Shown here piece after piece: positions 37,301 to 51,566 of a stretch of 64,000 nt of DNA. Origin of the DNA: Balanoglossus misakiensis (lineage: Eukaryota; Animalia; Hemichordata). The number at the start of each line of letters is the position of its first letter. Position 1 is the first letter of the stretch. The stretch is taken from assembly GCA_040954595.2 (NCBI GenBank), contig CM082598.2:8943097-9007096 (forward strand), in the 5' to 3' direction. Under the pieces are notes generated by a model, which made no database searches, was not told where the DNA came from, and saw only the letters and a list, made by a program, of their open reading frames with translations. Both the position numbers and the translations under genes were made by a program.

Positions 37301-40300
37301 GTTTGAAACTAAGAAAAGAATTTATTCTTATTTATTTTGTAAAAAAGACAATTTTTCGAAAAAAAGTCGAAAATGGTAATTTTGTCTTGGGTGATTCAAA
37401 TTATACCGCCTTTTCTGGAATTTGCAGCACTTTTTACAAGAGAACGACACTTCATGCTCCATAATATTTCCGAAAATGAAGAAAAGAGTTAATTTTTTAT
37501 GATTTTTTAAAAATTTACCACTTTTGTCAGAATATGGCCAAAATGGCTATTTTTTCTTGAATTCCGTCAATATCTCTGCATTTTTGGAGTGGTCGAAACT
37601 TTTAACATACAATCAACATGTCATATATAATCAGGGCACCGAATTCGAAGAACAATTAAAGCTTTTTTTAATTATTTTTCTAAAAATGACATTTTCAAGC
37701 AAAATTTGATAACATGCAATTTTGTCTGCAGTGAGCCAAATTAGACTGTCTTTTGTGGTATTTGTATCGATATATACATACGAAGGGCATTCTATACTCC
37801 ATCAGATTACCGAAAATGTAGAAAACATTTATTTTTCGTAATTTTCAAAAATTTACCATTTTTGACCAAAATGTGGCTGAAATTGTTATTTTCGTCTTGA
37901 ATGCCGCCAGTGTCACTGCTTTTAAGAGTCATAAAAACTTTTAACATACAAGCAATTGTTTATATATGATCAGGTCACCGAATCAAAAAAATAAAGAATG
38001 TTTTGCCTGAAAATGACCTTTTTGGTGCAAAAACGAATAAAACGCAATTTTGTATTAAATCAGCTCATTCAGAGTGCATTTTTTATAATCAGCACCATTT
38101 TTACATATAATGGAAATATCATACATCATCAGATATTCAAATATGAAAAAATGATTTAGATTTTAGATGATTGTCCAAAATTAGCTGATATCTAATAAAT
38201 GTAGTATTGAACCGTTCTGTCCCCCCCCCCCCCCACCCCTACATTATATGCGGTACGCCGATGTCAGCTTACCCGGCAGTACTGGAGGCCGTGCCCCCAA
38301 CTAACGTCGGTGTTTGAAACGCCCTGGTTAAATTCGGGCTTTCTCTATAAATTGACAGGCAATAATGCAGTCCTACCCGAACAAATGTCGAGTGTTGACC
38401 CGCTGTGACTTTCCTGCTTCGGTTGGCCCGACTTAGCCAACGTCTTTGTACCAGAGTGTCGGGTCTTTTGCAGAGCCAGGCCGAAGGAAATCCGACTTGA
38501 TCACCGTTGCTAACGAACGCTAGTGTCTGTCATGGTGTGCCGGGGTTTTAGTCGAGCCAGGCCGTAGGAGATCTGACTTGATCATCGTGGTCAATGTACG
38601 CGTGTTTCCGCTCTAAAGTGCCGGAGCTTCAGCTAAACCAGGCCGTAGGAAATCCGACGTAATCACCGTTGATAACTTACGCCAGTCTGTGTCATATAGA
38701 GCCGGTGCACCAGCCGAGTCACGCCGTAGGAAATCTGACTTGATCAACGTGGTCAATGTACGCCTGTTTCTGCTCTAGAGTTTCGGGGCTTCAGCTGAGC
38801 CAGGCCGTAGGAAACCCGACGTGATTACCGTTGTTAACTTACGCCAGTCTGTGTACTATAGAGCCGGTGCACCAGCCGAGTCACGCCGTAGGAAATCTGA
38901 CTTGATCAACGTGGTCAATGTACGCCTGTTTCTGCTCTAGAGTGCCGGGGCTTCAGCTAAACCAGGCCGTAGGAAATCCGACGTAATCACCGTTGTTAAC
39001 TTACGCCAGTCTGTGTCATATAGAGCCGGTGCACCAGCCGAGTCACGCCGAAGGAAATCTGACTTGATCAACGTGGTCTCTGTACGCATGTTTCTGCTCT
39101 AGAGTGCCGGGGCTTTATCCAAGCCATGCCGTAGAAAATCTGACTTGATCACCGTTGCTAACGTACGCTAGTGTCTGTCATATTGTGACGGAGATTTAGC
39201 TGAGCCAGGCCGTAGACAAATCGACTTGTTCAACGTTACCAGTGTGCAACTGTTTCTGTTCTAGAGTGTCAGAGTTTTAGCCGACTTATGCTGTAGGAAA
39301 TCTGAGTTGATGAACGGGAATTCAATATTAGAAAACCCGTGTGGAAAGTATCTCTACCCGTTTGAAACTAAGAAAAGAATTTATTCTTATTTATTTTGTA
39401 AAAAAGACAATTTTTCGAAAAAAAGTCGAAAATGGTAATTTTGTCTTGGGTGATTCAAATTATACCGCCTTTTCTGGAATTTGCAGCACTTTTTACAAGA
39501 GAACGACACTTCATGCTCCATAATATTTCCGAAAATGAAGAAAAGAGTTAATTTTTTATGATTTTTTAAAAATTTACCACTTTTGTCAGAATATGGCCAA
39601 AATGGCTATTTTTTCTTGAATTCCGTCAATATCTCTGCATTTTTGGAGTGGTCGAAACTTTTAACATACAATCAACATGTCATATATAATCAGGGCACCG
39701 AATTCGAAGAACAATTAAAGCTTTTTTTAATTATTTTTCTAAAAATGACATTTTCAAGCAAAATTTGATAACATGCAATTTTGTCTGCAGTGAGCCAAAT
39801 TAGACTGTCTTTTGTGGTATTTGTATCGATATATACATACGAAGGGCATTCTATACTCCATCAGATTACCGAAAATGTAGAAAACATTTATTTTTCGTAA
39901 TTTTCAAAAATTTACCATTTTTGACCAAAATGTGGCTGAAATTGTTATTTTCGTCTTGAATGCCGCCAGTGTCACTGCTTTTAAGAGTCATAAAAACTTT
40001 TAACATACAAGCAATTGTTTATATATGATCAGGTCACCGAATCAAAAAAATAAAGAATGTTTTGCCTGAAAATGACCTTTTTGGTGCAAAAACGAATAAA
40101 ACGCAATTTTGTATTAAATCAGCTCATTCAGAGTGCATTTTTTATAATCAGCACCATTTTTACATATAATGGAAATTTCATACATCATCAGATATTCAAA
40201 TATGAAAAAATGATTTAGATTTTAGATGATTGTCCAAAATTAGCTGATATCTAATAAATGTAGTATTGAACCGTTCTGTCCCCCCCCCCTACATTATATG

Positions 40301-43300
40301 CGGTACGCCGATGTCAGCTTACCCGGCAGTACTGCAGGCCGTGCCCCCAACTAACGTCGGTGTTTGAAACGCCCTGGTTAAATTCGGGCTTTCTCTATAA
40401 ATTGACAGGCAATAATGCAGTCCTACCCGAACAAATGTCGAGTGTTGACCCGCTGTGACTTTCCCTCTTCGGTTTGCCCGACTTAGCCAACGTCTTTGTA
40501 CCAGAGTGTCGGGTCTTTTGCAGAGCCAGGCCGAAGGAAATCCGACTTGATCACCGTTGGTAACGAACGCTGGTGTCTGTCATGGTGTGCCGGGGTTTTA
40601 GTCGAGCCAGGCCGTAGGAGATCTGACTTGATCATCGTGGTCAATGTACGCGTGTTTCCGCTCTAAAGTGCCGGGGCTTCAGCTAAACCAGGCCGTAGGA
40701 AATCCGACGTAATCACCGTTGATAACTTACGCCAGTCTGTGTCATATAGAGCCGGTGCACCAGCCGAGTCACGCCGTAGGAAATCTGACTTGATCAACGT
40801 GGTCAATGTACGCCTGTTTCTGCTCTAGAGTTTCGGGGCTTCAGCTGAGCCAGGCCGTAGGAAACCCGACGTGATTACCGTTGTTAACTTACGCCAGTCT
40901 GTGTACTATAGAGCCGGTGCACCAGCCGAGTCACGCCGTAGGAAATCTGACTTGATCAACGTGGTCAATGTACGCCTGTTTCTGCTCTAGAGTGCCGGGG
41001 CTTCAGCTGAGCCAAGCCGTAGGAAACCCGACGTGATTACCGTTGTTAACTTACGCCAGTCTGTGTCCTATATATAGTGCCGGGGCATCAGCCGTGCCAG
41101 GCCGAAGGAAATGTGAGTAGATCAACGTGGTCTCTGTACGCGTGTTTCTGCTCTAGAGTGCCGGGGTTTTATCCAAGCCATGCCGTAGAAAATCTGACTT
41201 GATCACCGTTGCTAACGTACGCTATTGTCTGTCATATTGTGACGGAGATTTAGCTGAGCCAGGCCGTAGAAAAATCGACTTGTTCAACGTTACCAGTGTG
41301 CAACTGTTTCTGCTCTAGAGTGTCAGAGTTTTAGCCGACTTATGCTGTAGGAAATCTGAGTTGATGAACGGGAATTCAATATTAGAAAACCCGTGTGGAA
41401 AGTATCTCTACCCGTTTGAAACTAAGAAAAGAATTTATTCTTATTTATTTTGTAAAAAAGACAATTTTTCGAAAAAAAGTCGAAAATGGTAATTTTGTCT
41501 CGGGTGATTCAAATTATACCGCCTTTTCTGGAATTTGCAGTACTTTTTACAAGAGAACGACACTTCATGCTCCATAATATTTCCGAAAATTAATAAAAGA
41601 GTTAATTTTTTATGATTTTTTAAAAATTTATCGTTTTTGTCAAAATATGGCCAAAATGGCTATTTTTTCTTGAATGTTGTCAATATCTCTGCATTTTTGG
41701 AGTGGTCGAAAGTTTTAACATACAATCAACATGTCATATATGATCAGGGCACCAAATTCGAAGAACAAAGGTTTTTTTATTTTTTTTTCTAAAAATGACA
41801 TTTTCGAGGAAAATTTGGTAAAACGCAATTTTGTCTGCAGTGAGCCAAATTAGACTGTCTTTTGTGGAATTTGTATTGATATATTCATACGAAGAGCATT
41901 CTATACTCCATCAGATTTCCGAAAATGTAGAAAACAGGTATTTTTTGTAATTTTCAAAAATTTACCATTTTGACCAAATTATGGCTAAAATTGTTATTTT
42001 CCTCTTGGACGCCGCCAGTGTCACTGCTTTTAAGAGTCCTAAAAACTTTTAACATACAAGCAATTGTTTATATATGATCAGGTCACCGAATTAAAAAAAT
42101 AAAGAATGTTTTGCCTAAAAATGACCTTTTTAGTGCAAAAAATGAATAAAACGCAATTTTGTATTAAATCAGCTCATTCAGAGTGCATTTTTAGAATCAG
42201 CACCATTTTTACATATTATGGACATTTCATACATCATCAGATATCCAAATTTGAAATAAATGATTTAGATTTTAGCTGATTGTCCAAAATTAGCTGATAT
42301 CTAATAAATGTAGTATTGAACCATTCTGTCCCCCCCCCCTACATTATATGCGGTACGCCGATGTCAGCTTACCCGGCAGTACTGCAGGCCGTGCCACCAA
42401 CTAACGTCGGTGTTTGAAACGCCCTGGTTAAATTCGGGCTTTCTCTATAAATTGACAGGCAATAATGCAGTCCTACCCGAACAAATGTCGAGTGTTGACC
42501 CGCTGTGACTTTCCCTCTTCGGTTTGCCCGACTTAGCCAACGTCTTTGTACTAGAGTGTCGGGTCTTTTACAGAGCCAGGCCGAAGGAAATCCGATTTGA
42601 TCACCGTTGCTAACGAACGCTAGTGTCTGTCATGGTGTGCCGGGGTTTTAGTCGAGCCAGGCCGTAGGAGATCTGACTTGATCATCGTGGTCAATGTACG
42701 CGTGTTTCTGCTCTAAAGTGCCGGGGCTTCAGCTAAACCAGGCCGTAGGAAATCCGACGTAATCACCGTTGATAACTTACGCCAGTCTGTGTCATATAGA
42801 GTCGGTGTACCAGCCGAGTCACGCCGTAGGAAATCTGACTTGATCAACGTGGTCAATGTACGCCTGTTTCTGCTCTAGAGTGCCGGGGCTTCAGCTGAGC
42901 CAGGCCGTAGGAAACCCGACGTGATTACCGTTGTTAACTTACGCCAGTCTGTGTCCTATATATAGTGCCGGGGTATCAGCCGTGCCAGGCCGAAGGAAAT
43001 GTGAGTAGACCAACGCGGTCTCTGTACGCGTGTTTCTGCTCTAGAGTGCCAGGGCTTTAGCCAAGCCATGCCGTAGGAAATCTGACTTGATCAACGTTGC
43101 TAACGAACGCTAGTGTCTGTCATAGTGTGCCGGGGTTTTAGTCGAGCCAAGCCGTAGGAGATCAGACTTGATCAACGTGGTCTCTGTACGCGTGTTTCTG
43201 CTCTAGAGTGCCGGGGCTTTATCCAAGCCGTGCCGTAGAAAATCTGACTTGATCACCGTTGCTAACGTACGCTAGTGTCTGTCATATTGTGACGGAGATT

Positions 43301-46300
43301 TAGCCGAGCCAGGCCGTAGAAAAATCGACTTGTTCAACGTTACCAGTGTGCAACTGTTTCTGCTCTAGAGTGTCAGGGTTTTAGCCGACTTATGCTGTAG
43401 CAAATCTGAGTTGATGAACGGGAATTCAATGTTAGAAAACCCGTGTGGAAAGTATCTCTACCCGTTTGAAACTAAGAAAAGAATTTATTCTTATTTATTT
43501 TGTAAAAAAGACAATTTTTCGAAAAAAAGTCGAAAATGGTAATTTTGTCTTGGGTGATTCAAATTATACCGCCTTTCCTGGAATTTGCAGCACTTTTTAC
43601 AAGAGAACGACACTTCATGCTCCATAATATTTCCGAAAATGAAGAAAAGATTTAATTTTTTATGATTTTTTACAAATTTACCGTTTTTGTCAAAATATGG
43701 CCAAAATGACTATTTTTTCTTGAATTCCGTCAATATCTCTGCATTTTTGGAGTGGTCGAAACTTTTAACATACAATCAACATGTCATATATAATCAGGGC
43801 ACCGAATTCGAAGAACAATTAAAGCTTTTTTTAATTGTTTTTCTAAAAATGACATTTTCAAGCAAAATTTAATAACATGCAATTTTGTCTGCAATGAGCC
43901 AAATTAGACTGTCTTTTGTGGAAATTGTATCGATATATACAAACGACGGGCATTCTATACTCCATCAGATTACAGAAAATGTAGAAAACAGTTATTTTTC
44001 GTTATTTTCAAAAATTTACCATTTTTGACCAAAATGTGGCTAAAATTGTTATTTTCGTCTTGAACGCCGCCAGTGTCACTGCTTTTAAGAGTCATAAAAA
44101 CTTTTAACATACAAGCAATTGTTTATATATGATCAGGTCACCGAATTCAAAAAATAAAGAATGTTTTGCATAAAAATGACCTTTTTAGTGCAAACAATGA
44201 ATAAAACGCTATTTTGTATTAAATCAGCTCATTCAGAGTGCATTTTTAGAATCAGCACCATTTTTACATATAATGGACATTTCATACATCATCAGATATC
44301 CAAATATGAAAAAATGATTTAGATTTTAGCTGATTGTCCAAAATTAGCTGATATCTAATAAATGTAGTATTGAACCATTCTGTTCCCCCCCCCTACATTA
44401 TATGCGGTACGCCGATGTCAACTTACCCGGCAGTACTGCAGGCCGTGTCCCCAACTAACGTCGGTGTTTGAAACGCCCTGGTTAAATTCGGGCTTTCGCT
44501 ATAAATTGACAGGCAATAATGCAGTCCTACCCGAACAAATGTCGAGTGTTGACCCGCTGTGACTTTCCCTCTTCGGTTTGCCCGACTTAGCCAACGTCTT
44601 TGTACCAGAGTGTCGGGTCTTTTGCAGAGCCAGGCCGAAGGAAATCCGACTTGATCACCGTTGGTAACGAACGCTGGTGTCTGTCATGGTGTGCCGGGGT
44701 TTTAGTCGAGCCAGGCCGTAGGAGATCTGACTTGATCATCGTGGTCAATGTACGCGTGTTTCCGCTCTAAAGTGCCGGGGCTCCAGCTAAACCAGGCCGT
44801 AGGAAATCCGACGTAATCACCGTTGATAACTTACGCCAGTCTGTGTCATATAGAGCCGGTGCACCAGCCGAGTCACGCCGTAGGAAATCTGACTTGATCA
44901 ACGTGGTCAATGTACGCCTGTTTCTGCTCTATAGTGCCGGGGCTTCAGCTGAGCCAGGCCGTAGGAAACCCGACGTGATTACCGTTGTTAACTTACGCCA
45001 GTCTGTGTCCTATATATAGTGCCGGGGCATCAGCCGTGCCAGGCCGAAGGAAATGTGAGTAGATCAACGTGGTCTCTGTACGCGTGTTTCTGCTCTAGAG
45101 TGCCGGGGTTTTATCCAAGCCATGCCGTAGAAAATCTGACTTGATCACCGTTGCTAACGTACGCTAGTGTCTGTCATATTGTGACGGAGATTTAGCTGAG
45201 CCAGGCCGTAGAAAAATCGACTTGTTCAACGTTACCAGTGTGCAACTGTTTCTGCTCTAGAGTGTCAGAGTTTTAGCCGACTTATGCTGTAGGAAATCTG
45301 AGTTGATGAACGGGAATTCAATATTAGAAAACCCGTGTGGAAAGTATCTCTACCCGTTTGAAACTAAGAAAAGAATTTATTCTTATTTATTTTGTAAAAA
45401 AGACAATTTTTCGAAAAAAAGTCGAAAATGGTAATTTTGTCTCGGGTGATTCAAATTATACCGCCTTTTCTGGAATTTGCAGTACTTTTTACAAGAGAAC
45501 GACACTTCATGCTCCATAATATTTCCGAAAATTAATAAAAGAGTTAATTTTTTATGATTTTTTAAAAATTTATCATTTTTGTCAAAATATGGCCAAAATG
45601 GCTATTTTTTCTTGAATGTTGTCAATATCTCTGCATTTTTGGAGTGGTCGAAAGTTTTAACATACAATCAACATGTCATATATGATCAGGGCACCAAATT
45701 CGAAGAACAAAGGTTTTTTTATTTTTTTTTTCTAAAAATGACATTTTTCAGGAAAATTTGGTAAAACGCAATTTTGTCTGCAGTGAGCCAAATTAGACTG
45801 TCTTTTGTGGAATTTGTATTGATATATACATACGAAGAGCATTCTATACTCCATCAGATTTCCGAAAATGTAGAAAACAGGTATTTTTTGTATTTTTCAA
45901 AAATTTACCATTTTGACCAAATTATGGCTAAAATTGTTATTTTCCTCTTGGACGCCGCCAGTGTCACTGCTTTTAAGAGTCCTAAAAACTTTTAACATAC
46001 AAGCAATTGTTTATATATGATCAGGTCACCGAATTAAAAAAATAAAGAATGTTTTGCCTAAAAATGACCTTTTTAGTGCAAAAAATGAATAAAACGCAAT
46101 TTTGTATTAAATCAGCTCATTCAGAGTGCATTTTTAGAATCAGCACCATTTTTACATATTATGGAAATTTCATACATCATCAGATATCCAAATTTGAAAT
46201 AAATGATTTAGATTTTAGCTGATTGTCCAAAATTAGCTGATATCTAATAAATGTAGTATTGAACCATTCTGTCCCCCCCCCCCTACATTATATGCGGTAC

Positions 46301-49300
46301 GCCGATGTCAGCTTACCCGGCAGTACTGCAGGCCGTGCCCCCAACTAACGTCGGTGTTTGAAACGCCCTGGTTAAATTCGGGCTTTCTCTATAAATTGAC
46401 AGGCAATAATGCAGTCCTACCCGAACAAATGTCGAGTGTTGACCCGCTGTGACTTTCCCTCTTCGGTTTGCCCGACTTAGCCAACGTCTTTGTACTAGAG
46501 TGTCGGGTCTTTTACAGAGCCAGGCCGAAGGAAATCCGATTTGATCACCGTTGCTAACGAACGCTAGTGTCTGTCATGGTGTGCCGGGGTTTTAGTCGAG
46601 CCAGGCCGTAGGAGATCTGACTTGATCATCGTGGTCAATGTACGCGTGTTTCCGCTCTAAAGTGCCGGGGCTTCAGCGAAACCAGGCCGTAGGAAATCCG
46701 ACGTAATCACCGTTGATAACTTACGCCAGTCTGTGTCATATAGAGTCGGTGTACCAGCCGAGTCACGCCGTAGGAAATCTGACTTGATCATCGTGGTCAA
46801 TGTACGCCTGTTTCTGCTCTAGAGTGCCGGGGCTTCAGCTGAGCCAGGCCGTAGGAAACCCGACGTGATTACCGTTGTTAACTTACGCCAGTCTGTGTCC
46901 TATATATAGTGCCGGGGTATCAGCCGTGCCAGGCCGAAGGAAATGTGAGTAGACCAACGTGGTCTCTGTACGCGTGTTTCTGCTCTAGAGTGCCAGGGCT
47001 TTAGCCAAGCCATGCCGTAGGAAATCTGACTTGATCAACGTTGCTAACGAACGCTAGTGTCTGTCATAGTGTGCCGGGGTTTTAGTCGAGCCAAGCCGTA
47101 GGAGATCAGACTTGATCAACGTGGTCTCTGTACGCGTGTTTCTGCTCTAGAGTGCCGGGGCTTTATCCAAGCCGTGCCGTAGAAAATCTGACTTGATCAC
47201 CGTTGCTAACGTACGCTAGTGTCTGTCATATTGTGACGGAGATTTAGCCGAGCCAGGCCGTAGAAAAATCGACTTGTTCAACGTTACCAGTGTGCAACTG
47301 TTTCTGCTCTAGAGTGTCAGGGTTTTAGCCGACTTATGCTGTAGGAAATCTGAGTTTATGAACGGGAATTCAATGTTAGCAAACCCGTGTGGAAAGTATC
47401 TCTACCCGTTTGAAACTAAGAAAAGAATTTATTCTTATTTATTTTGTAAAAAAGACAATTTTTCGAAAAAAAGTCGAAAATGGTAATTTTGTCTTGGGTG
47501 ATTCAAATTATACCGCCTTTCCTGGAATTTGCAGCACTTTTTACAAGAGAACGACACTTCATGCTCCATAATATTTCCGAAAATGAAGAAAAGATTTAAT
47601 TTTTTATGATTTTTTACAAATTTACCGTTTTTGTCAAAATATGGCCAAAATGACTATTTTTTCTTGAATTCCGTCAATATCTCTGCATTTTTGGAGTGGT
47701 CGAAACTTTTAACATACAATCAACATGTCATATATAATCAGGGCACCGAATTCGAAGAACAATTAAAGCTTTTTTTAATTGTTTTTCTAAAAATGACATT
47801 TTCAAGCAAAATTTAATAACATGCAATTTTGTCTGCAATGAGCCAAATTAGACTGTCTTTTGTGGAAATTGTATCGATATATACAAACGACGGGCATTCT
47901 ATACTCCATCAGATTACAGAAAATGTAGAAAACAGTTATTTTTCGTTATTTTCAAAAATTTACCATTTTTGACCAAAATGTGGCTAAAATTGTTATTTTC
48001 GTCTTGAACGCCGCCAGTGTCACTGCTTTTAAGAGTCATAAAAACTTTTAACATACAAGCAATTGTTTATATATGATCAGGTCACCGAATTCAAAAAATA
48101 AAGAATGTTTTGCATAAAAATGACCTTTTTAGTGCAAACAATGAATAAAACGCAATTTTGTATTAAATCAGCTCATTCAGAGTGCATTTTTAGAATCAGC
48201 ACCATTTTTACATATAATGGAAATTTCATACATCATCAGATATCCAAATATGAAAAAATGATTTAGATTTTAGCTGATTGTCCAAAATTAGCTGATATCT
48301 AATAAATGTAGTATTGAACCATTCTGTTCCCCCCCCCCCCCTACATTATATGCGGTACGCCGATGTCAACTTACCCGGCAGTACTGCAGGCCGTGTCCCC
48401 AACTAACGTCGGTGTTTGAAACGCCCTGGTTAAATTCGGGCTTTCTCTATAAATTGACAGGCAATAATGCAGTCCTACCCGAACAAATGTCGAGTGTTGA
48501 CCCGCTGTGACTTCCCCTCTTTGGTTTGCCCGACTTAGCCAACGTCTTTGTACTAGAGTGTCGGGTCTTTTGCAGAGCCAGGCCGAAGGAAATCCGACTT
48601 GATCACCGTTGCTAACGAACACTAGTGTCTGTCATGGTGTGCCGGGGTTTTAGTCGAGCCAGGCCGTAGGAGATCTGACTTGATCATCGTGGTCAATGTA
48701 CGCGTGTTTCCGCTCTAAAGTGCCGGGGCTTCAGCTAAACCAGGCCGTTAGAAATCCGACGTAATCACCATTGATAACTTACGCCAGTCTGTGTCATATA
48801 GAGCCGGTGCACCAGCGGAGTCACGCCGTAGGAAATCTGACTTGATCAACGTGGTCAATGTACACCTGTTTCTGCTCTAGAGTGCCGGGGCTTCAGCTGA
48901 GCCAGGCCGTAGGAAACCCGACGTGATTACCGTTGTTAACTTACGCCAGTCTGTGTACTATAGAGCCGGTGCACCAGCCGAGTCACGCCGTAGGAAATCT
49001 GACTTGATCAACGTGGTCAATGTACGCCTGTTTCTGCTCTAGAGTGCCGGGGCTTCAGCTGAGCCAGGCCGTTGGAAACCCGACGTGATTACCGTTGTTA
49101 ACTTACGCCAGTCTGTGTCCTATATATAGTGTCGGGGCATCAGCCGTGCCAGGCCGAAGGAAATGTGAAGAGATTAACGTGGTCTCTGTACGCGTGTTTC
49201 TGCTCTAGAGTGCCGGGGTTTTATCCAAGCCATGCCGTAGAAAATCTGACTTGATCACCGTTGCTAACGTACGCTAGTGTCTGTCATATTGTGACGGAGA

Positions 49301-50606
49301 TTTAGCTGAGCCAGGCCGTAGAAAAATCGACTTGTTCAACGTTACCAGTGTGCAACTGTTTCTGCTCTAGAGTGTCAGAGTTTTAGCCGACTTATGCTGT
49401 AGGAAATCTGAGTTGATGAACGGGAATTCAATATTAGAAAACCCTTGTGGAAAGTATCTCTACCCGTTTGAAACTAAGAAAAGAGTTTATTCTTATTTAT
49501 TTTGAAAAAAAGACAATTTTTCGAAAAAAAGTCGAAAATGGTAATTTTGTCTTGGGTGATTCAAATTATACCGCCTTTTCTGGAATTTGCAGCACTTTTT
49601 ACAAGAGAACGACACTTCATGCTCCATAATATTTCCGAAAATTAATAAAAGAGTTAATTTTTTATGATTTTTTAAAAATTTACCATTTTTGTCAAAAAAT
49701 GGCCAAAATGGCTATTTTTTCTTGAATTTTGTCAATATCTCTGCATTTTTGGAGTGGTCGGAAGTTTTAACATACAATCAACATGTCATATATGATCAGG
49801 GCACCAAATTCGAAGAACAAATGTTTTTTTATTTTTTTTTCTAAAAATGACATTTTCAAGGAAAATTTGGTAAAACGCAATTTTGTCTGCAGTGAGCCAA
49901 ATTAGACTGTCTTTTGTGGAATTTGTATCGATATATACATACGAAGAGCATTCTATACTCCATCAGATTTCCGAAAATGTAGAAAACAGGTATTTTTTGT
50001 AATTTTCAAAAATTTACCATTTTGACCAAATTGTGGCTAAAATTGTTATTTTCGTGTTGAATGCCGCCAGTGTCACTGCTTTTAAAAGTCATAAAAACTT
50101 TTAACATACAAGCAATTGTTTATATATGATCAGGTCACCGAATTAAAAAAATAAAGAATGTTTAGCCTAAAAATGACCTTTTTGGTGCAAAAACGAATAA
50201 AACGCAATTTTGTATTAAATCAGCTCATTCAGAGTGCATTTTTTATAATCAGCACCATTTTTACATATAATGGAAATTTCATACATCATCAGATATCCAA
50301 ATATGAAAAATGATTTAGATTTTAAATGATTGTCCAAAATTAGCTGATATCTAATAAATGTAGTATTGAACCGTTCTGTTCCCCCCCCCCCCCCCTACAT
50401 TATATGCGGTACGCCGATGTCAGCTTACCCGGCAGTACTGCAGGCCGTGCCCCCAACTAACGTCGGTGTTTGAAACGCCCTGGTTAAATTCGGGCTTTCT
50501 CTATAAATTGACAGGCAATAATGCAGTCCTACCCGAAAAAATGTCGAGTGTTGACCCTCTGTGACTTTCCCTCTTCGGTTTGCCCGACTTAGCCAACGTC
50601 TTTGTA

Positions 50607-51566
50607 CTAGAGTGTCGGGTCTTTTGCAGAGCCAGGCCGAAGGAAATCCGACTTGATAACCGTTGCTAACGAACGCTAGTGTCTGTCATGGTGTGCCGGG
50701 GTTTTAGTCGAGCCAGGCCGTAGGAGATCTGACTTGATCATCGTGGTCAATGTACGCGTGTTTCCGCTCTAAAGTGCCGGGGCTTCAGCTAACCAGGCCG
50801 TAGGAAATCCCACGTAATCACCGTTGATAACTTACGCCAGTCTGTGTCATATAGAGCCGGTGCACCAGCCGAGTCACGCCGTAGGAAATCTGACTTGATC
50901 AACGTGGTCTCTGTACGCGTGTTTCTTCTCTAGAGTGCCAGGGCTTTAGCCAAGCCATGCCGTAGAAAATCTGACTTGATCAACGTGGTCAATGTACGCC
51001 TGTTTCTGCTCTAGAGTGCCGGGGCTTCAGCTGAGCCAGGCCGTAGGAAACCCGACGTGATTACCGTTGTTAACTTACGCCAGTCTGTGTCCTATATATA
51101 GTGCCGGGGCATCAGCCGTGCCAGGCCGAAGGAAATGTGAGTAGATCAACGTGGTCTCTGTACGCGTGTTTCTGCTCTAGAGTGCCAGGGCTTTAGCCAA
51201 GCCATGCCGTAGGAAATCTGACTTGATCAACGTTGCTAACGAACGCTAGTGTCTGTCATAGTGTGCCGGGGTTTTAGTCGAGCCAAGCCGTAGGAGATCA
51301 GTCTTGATCAACGTGGTCTCTGTACGCGTGTTTCTGCACTAGAGTGCCGGGGCTTTATCCAAGCCATGCCGTAGAAAATCTGACTTGATCACCGTTGCTA
51401 ACGTACGCTAGTGTCTGTCATATTGTGACGGAGATTTAGCCGAGCCAGGCCGTAGAAAAATCGACTTGTTCAACGTTACCAGTGTGCAACTGTTTCTGCT
51501 CTAGAGTGTCAGGGTTTTAGCCGACTTATGCTGTAGCAAATCTGAGTTGATGAACGGGAATTCAAC
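50607..51566. repeat. Only even-numbered (12-monomer) 81-bp array
   Basis: Cores 50636 to 51530 = 894 bp (11x81+4-1). Two consecutive CAACGTGGTC-type monomers at ~50880-51020. Confidence 0.85.
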
